A DNA stretch of 55,133 bases, taken from contig NMRA01000219.1 in the NCBI GenBank assembly GCA_002633005.1, positions 1 through 55,133 on the forward strand, read 5' to 3'. The notes under the pieces were generated by a model. It was not told the DNA's origin, made no database searches, and saw only the letters and a program-made list of their open reading frames with translations. Origin of the DNA: Phoronis australis. Taxonomy: Eukaryota > Animalia > Phoronida. Both the position numbers and the translations under genes were made by a program. Below, piece after piece: positions 52,499 through 55,133 of this stretch. The stretch's first letter is position 1, and each line of letters begins with the position of its first letter.

Positions 52499-55013
52499 AG
52501 CGAGAGGGAGAGGGAGAGGGTCCTCGGAATAGTTTTGTTTCTCCCGTCATACATGTACGTAGGCCTAACCCACTGGTAGTTGCTATGCCCTGTTGTGTTC
52601 ATATTCTGTCACTATGTGGCCCCCTGTGCCATTTTATTTTAGATCTATCCACATGTATTCAGCAGTCTGTAGCACACCCTTGAGAAAGAGCGCATCGCTC
52701 GATACGTGGGGATATTTTAATACATTTTAGTACCGACACTCGTCATTTTAGTTTTACTAGTTTTAATATTTATATTTTTATTCGTCGGTAACTGCACGGC
52801 ATTGCAACATCTATTTGATTTCATCTAAAATGTGCTCACTAGAACGGAATTGAAAGTGCCTCTAAACGGATTTGATCCAGCTGTAACTTACTTAACGCTC
52901 TTTTTAAGTAATTCGTACTTGATTAAAATCTGTAAAAACTGTAATTTGTGCAAATTAAAAGGCATAGAGAAAGCTTTGAGAATCCTGTCATGTTTTAGAT
53001 AACGGCATGAAGCTCATAGGTAGAGGACAGGGACTCTGTCGTCAGAATTATTTGTTGAAGGTCAATGTCACTGCAACATTGCAAGATGTCGTTTATAATT
53101 ATTCGCTGTTCTTGGATGGAAAGATAGAACTTTGAACTTAGCAACAATTTCTGGAACTGTATAATTCAGGTATTATGAAAATATCCATGTGACTGTCAAT
53201 GTTTTCACGATTTGTTATGAAAGATTTGAAGACATTGTTTTCATGTCTTTTCAGTGTCTTGTCCAGCGGGCACCTACAGCGATATCGGCTGGACGAAGTG
53301 TGAGCTGTGTCGCCAGGGTTCATATCAGCACACAAGGGGCAAATCCGACTGCATTGAGTGCCCATTTAATTACACTACTTCTGGAGAAGGGTCATGCAGC
53401 GCGTCCGAATGCATGGGTTAATTGTCTTACCATTTCCTTGAACATAGTGAAATTATCTTGCAAAATAATAAAATTGTTTGATAAATGATATTTCCACAAT
53501 TCAACATCTCCAGACTGAAGTCCAAATAGCTTTGACGCGTATGAACTATTGAGGAAGACGTGGTAGATTTTCCGGTTACGTCTGTGACTGAGGCTATGCG
53601 GCATTCTACGCGTATGCTGCCCGTCTGTTTTGATTTAGACTACACACCAATATTCGGATAACGCGATCACAACGTTTGCACAGAAATGGCAATTTGTTAT
53701 TCCTTGAGCCCACGCCCATCGCATAAAATGACTCTTCCTGGCAAAACATTGCCAGCTAGTCGGGCTTGATCTCAATCCTTTTAAAGCCCTGTATTCACCA
53801 TCAATTTGACTGTGAAAATTGGGGATAGTTTTTAACGGTAGGGAGTCCGAAATCAAACGTTGGGTTTTGTGATGGAGGGTGGTTCATATCTGCTCTCTAA
53901 TGACGTAACAAAAGTAAACTCTGTTGCTTTGTGATGCATGTTTGTATTTACAGATCCGAGTGTGGTGACGCTGTACCAAGTGTTTACCGGTGTATTTGCT
54001 GCCAAAGAAAATTCGCCGAGGTCCAGGAAAATTTACGTAGTTGTGGGAAGTTCGCTTCTCATTTCTTCTGTTGTAGCTTTAACATGGTAAGGAGTTATGT
54101 TGAAGCACTCTTTGTATTAAATTGAGAAAAAACGACAGCTGGAGCTCAGATACAAACACTCACTACACGTCTCAAGATTGACCAGTCTTTTGTTGAATTT
54201 CTTGATGTCACGTGTGCTCTCACAATGTGTTACGAAAAGCTGTTGAAAATATTCAAATTTGACACGATTTCACTGGACATTGTGCAAATTGCCCAATCGA
54301 CTTGGTCCTCGGGAAATTTTTGTTTCTCCTCGAACTGTCGCCATGGTGAGATTGTAGGCATGTAGGAAAATATTTTATTTCCTCCACTTTTCTTTGCCAG
54401 AGCTCGCGTATTTTTGTGTTGTCAAATTCCACGCTTAGTTTCCGGTCGGTTGCTCGAGGGGAGACAATTTTTAAATTGTAAATTAGAATTTAAAAATTCT
54501 AATTTACGCCTGAATGTAGTTGGACTGCTTAGATTACCCGGATTGAGTTGAATGCTATTGGGCCCGGGTTTGTTTCGTGAAAAGTGACTAAAGACATTTG
54601 GTCCTACGATCCACACAACCATTTCTGAAAAATAATTTAATCTCACTTGAGTAAAGTTGCAACGTCTGTGGGAATATGCACATAACCCCGGGCCCGGGGA
54701 TACCGAGATGAATTATTTCTAGACTGCGATGCGCTCATATTTTCTTGACTAAGCCTTAATTCAGCAGCTGTGAAGTGGGAGTGGGAGACAAAATTTTTGT
54801 CTCTGAGTCATTTTGGCGAAACGGACGCCAGGAGAAGTGCCCGGGTTTTTCTCGACAGCAACCTATTGTCCCTAACCCGTGTATGTTGCATTGAGATTAT
54901 GGTTTTCTTTCTTTGTAGTTATGCCGTTTGTCGGCGCTACATACCCACCTCGTCCGGACTACGCAGTGCCGANAACAAAGGCTCTAATTCAACTGAAAGA
55001 CGGCGACCGACAG
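29322..55013 (+). CDS. Multi-exon gene model (27 coding exons, ~1250 aa in window, 3' end incomplete): type-I membrane mosaic protein FTP-TSP1-TSP1-FTP-TSP1-TSP1-X-X-Ig-Sp38(ZPBP-like)-ephrin-receptor-like-TM
   Basis: Manual splicing with GT-AG sites; every intron phase is compatible and domains continue across junctions. The link between 42342 and 45134 is the weakest, so this could be two adjacent genes. Confidence 0.7.
30084..30152 (+). CDS. Exon 2: signal-peptide-like (HALSAKSVLSLLTSLYFTTHVI)
   Basis: Acceptor tttgacag and a hydrophobic stretch. Donor either GT after 30152 or GC after 30158, both phase 1. Confidence 0.5.
30583..30774. mobile_element. MITE, IS3EU-like termini
   Basis: ~55-bp TIR tatgggccgcggaaagggcaaaaa / tttttgccgtttccgcggcccaaa. 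6-bp flanks tatatg / tatgtg (5 of 6 match). Confidence 0.7.
31020..31232 (+). CDS. Exon 3: F-type lectin (FTP/F5-8C-like) domain 1, N-half
   Basis: NVALRKAANQSS...ANDG...HCAMS...DPWWKVKL; ttttcag acceptor, gtgtgt donor. Confidence 0.9.
32028..32243 (+). CDS. Exon 4: F-type lectin domain 1, C-half
   Basis: LANFKVRV...CFKY...VRC...ARSVGV...MSLCEVEVMG; phase 1-1. Confidence 0.9.
32782..32951 (+). CDS. Exon 5: linker + TSP1 repeat 1
   Basis: WTDWSRCSTTCG..TKRRSRTCENKPCFG; phase 1-0. Confidence 0.9.
33470..33629 (+). CDS. Exon 6: TSP1 repeat 2
   Basis: DCENPVC...WSEWYAWSGCSRECGDGHRERYREC; phase 0-1, donor gtaaga. Confidence 0.9.
33790..33852 (+). CDS. Exon 7: end of TSP1 repeat 2
   Basis: ETQKKSCYLKVCP; tttttatag acceptor, gtaggt donor. 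Confidence 0.85.
34787..34993 (+). CDS. Exon 8: F-type lectin domain 2, N-half
   Basis: NIAINKTTRQST...TVDG...HCSRT...PSWLVHL...LKIY; AAG acceptor. Confidence 0.85.
35842..36081 (+). CDS. Exon 9: F-type lectin domain 2, C-half
   Basis: INSFKVLV...LCFKY...VKCSRPLTGRIVGI...LVLCEVQVFG. Confidence 0.9.
36570..36733 (+). CDS. Exon 10: linker + TSP1 repeat 3
   Basis: WSSWSECTSTCGAGVQTRTMNCAEFPCKG; phase 1-0. Confidence 0.9.
37249..37408 (+). CDS. Exon 11: TSP1 repeat 4
   Basis: KCDNLVC...WTSWDNWSWCTKHCDQGIRKRARRC; 160 nt, same as exon 6. Confidence 0.9.
37919..38026 (+). CDS. Exon 12: end of TSP1 repeat 4 + linker
   Basis: ETEEKSCLISRC...; ctttttag acceptor, gtaagt donor. Confidence 0.85.
38451..38597 (+). 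CDS. Exon 13: unknown domain X1, part 1
   Basis: KECQTVPRKFQGYWNVSYTDFRFLELGNKNVTVKG; phase 1-1. Confidence 0.75.
38857..38944 (+). CDS. Exon 14: domain X1, part 2
   Basis: VKLFKSIALNKIFCPDEYTVQMLADLKGTG; ttttccag acceptor, gtaagt donor, phase 1-2. Confidence 0.75.
39260..39327 (+). CDS. Exon 15: domain X1, part 3
   Basis: KHAQCVTIKEHRGIMIGRVVTK; phase 2-1 resolves the frame. Confidence 0.7.
39827..39980 (+). repeat. Short interspersed GGCGGATCCAGG-family element (intronic)
   Basis: Closely similar to 15957-16101. Confidence 0.75.
40509..40574 (+). CDS. Exon 16: end of domain X1
   Basis: GHRGNKTFEDVHILTTIPDRRR; attttcag acceptor, gtaact donor. Confidence 0.65.
40660..40788. mobile_element. 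MITE copy, same family as 22134
   Basis: agttcagtaacg...gattactaaact ends; shared interior cgagattacgtgaga. Confidence 0.65.
41852..41983 (+). CDS. Exon 17: unknown domain X2, part 1
   Basis: LPCSSPPEKFLGEFVLDLQETDIVSF, paralogous to exon 13. Confidence 0.75.
42190..42342 (+). CDS. Exon 18: domain X2, part 2
   Basis: DVRCFPKYNGVRILTKVNQKKFQCLTLQQ...YQGNMIV, paralogous to exons 14+15. Donor ambiguous (GT after 42342 or GC after 42338). Confidence 0.7.
43733..43983 (-). mobile_element. 5'-truncated 3'-UTR-only copy of the CR1/L2-like LINE
   Basis: Near-identical reverse complement of ~7625-7870, including the stem-loop and (TTTA)n tail. Confidence 0.9.
44556..44651 (+). CDS. Exon 19: linker (frame uncertain)
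   Basis: Strong ttttcag and gtgagt sites, 96 nt. Phase 1-1 reading is VSSLYSMFLACRLRF...PVTMK. Confidence 0.5.
45134..45271 (+). CDS. Exon 20: linker with dibasic sites before Ig
   Basis: RRHQSDFSESHASHLVAKREARFGEGIVVVPSFDGPYPD; cctgtag acceptor, gtaagc donor. Confidence 0.65.
46137..46394 (+). CDS. Exon 21: Ig-like domain (ZPBP N-terminal type)
   Basis: VLQC...TWFNK...EGDLYFSNVQLSVSGSYHC: canonical C, W, L and xSGxYxC; phase 1-1. Confidence 0.9.
46745..46783. repeat. (GCGT)n microsatellite
   Basis: gcgtgcgtgcgt tract in intron. Confidence 0.95.
46982..47151 (+). CDS. Exon 22: Sp38/ZPBP-like middle domain, part 1
   Basis: VYSKPEVGLDINFAYDTDTCHS...IISDEKCRVRKFETQC, matching the YxxP..Y....C...C......C pattern that follows the Ig domain in ZPBP. 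Confidence 0.8.
47393..48356. mobile_element. Kolobok-like internally deleted DNA transposon (THAP fragment + convergent second ORF fragment)
   Basis: TTAA on both flanks with imperfect TIR agtgtacgcaacatg / catggtgtgtactgt. Plus-strand THAP relic MKRCVFGGCSN...PKD...W..FV...LCPAHFEESCF (47631-47830). Minus-strand acidic ORF with PYELDP (47904-48104). Confidence 0.7.
48784..48906 (+). CDS. Exon 23: Sp38/ZPBP-like middle domain, part 2
   Basis: VGSTKNAEIRVHLTLL...PSCKHLCENK; ttttacag acceptor, gtaagt donor, phase 0-0. Confidence 0.8.
49361..49979 (+). mobile_element. Probable solo LTR (intronic)
   Basis: TGACAC...GTGACA termini, repeated ttctaga motifs and AATAAA ~115 bp before the end. No clean TSD; left end uncertain. 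Confidence 0.5.
51237..51372 (+). CDS. Exon 24: Sp38/ZPBP-like domain, part 3
   Basis: TYKRIKQHLL...VTYQMSSLHKNVHVICSPGWYPDNLRC; phase 0-1, donor gtgagt. Confidence 0.8.
52266..52771. mobile_element. Foldback MITE with ~200-bp arms around a (GA)n/(GGGAGA)n core
   Basis: 52274-52468 is the reverse complement of ~52545-52754, with small indels. Confidence 0.85.
53255..53416 (+). CDS. Exon 25: ephrin-receptor-like (GCC2/GCC3) Cys-rich repeat
   Basis: SCPAGTYSDIGWTKCELCRQGSYQHTRGKSDCIECPFNYTTSGEGSCSASEC; this frame is not in the supplied ORF track. Confidence 0.9.
53954..54086 (+). CDS. Exon 26: stalk + transmembrane helix
   Basis: ...RSRK-IYVVVGSSLLISSVVALT; tttacag acceptor, gtaagg donor, phase 1-2. 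Confidence 0.8.
54919..55013 (+). CDS. Exon 27: end of TM + start of cytoplasmic tail
   Basis: CYAVC-RRYIPTSSGLRSA..KGSNSTERRRPT. Phase 2 entry matches; basic stop-transfer; no stop within the window. Confidence 0.75.
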
Positions 55014-55133
55014 GTGATTTGTATTGTTTACGTTTTACACCACCCGGCAAAACTCACTGGGTACTGTACACGGTGAACTGTCACTTTTGGATCGTCAGAC
55101 TCCGATCCGCCTTGTATTACATAGGCGCCCCCC

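Overview
Eukaryotic, AT-rich, intron- and repeat-rich animal DNA, probably from a marine invertebrate (inference). No prokaryotic operons, rRNA, tRNA or CRISPR were seen. Three host genes can be read. (1) An intronless, highly divergent class-A GPCR on the minus strand (10468-11841). (2) A small two-coding-exon single-pass membrane protein on the minus strand (22753-24951). (3) A large plus-strand gene of about 27 coding exons (29322 to beyond 55013). I spliced it by hand into one frame-consistent ORF of about 1250 codons: signal peptide, [F-type lectin-TSP1-TSP1]x2, two copies of an unrecognised ~110-aa Cys domain, a dibasic linker, Ig plus Sp38/ZPBP-like module, ephrin-receptor-like Cys repeat, TM helix and cytoplasmic tail. 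This mosaic, membrane-anchored ZPBP-like receptor is the most interesting item; the join across 42.3-45.1 kb is its least certain part. The rest is a dense set of mostly dead transposable elements: solo LTRs, Penelope, CR1/L2-like LINE, Tc1/mariner, P-like, IS3EU-like and other MITEs, a head-to-tail Helitron pair, a Kolobok-like deletion derivative and a RecQ-helicase relic. There is also an unexplained decayed duplicated coding relic at 27-28 kb. All family assignments come from manual motif recognition, not database searches.
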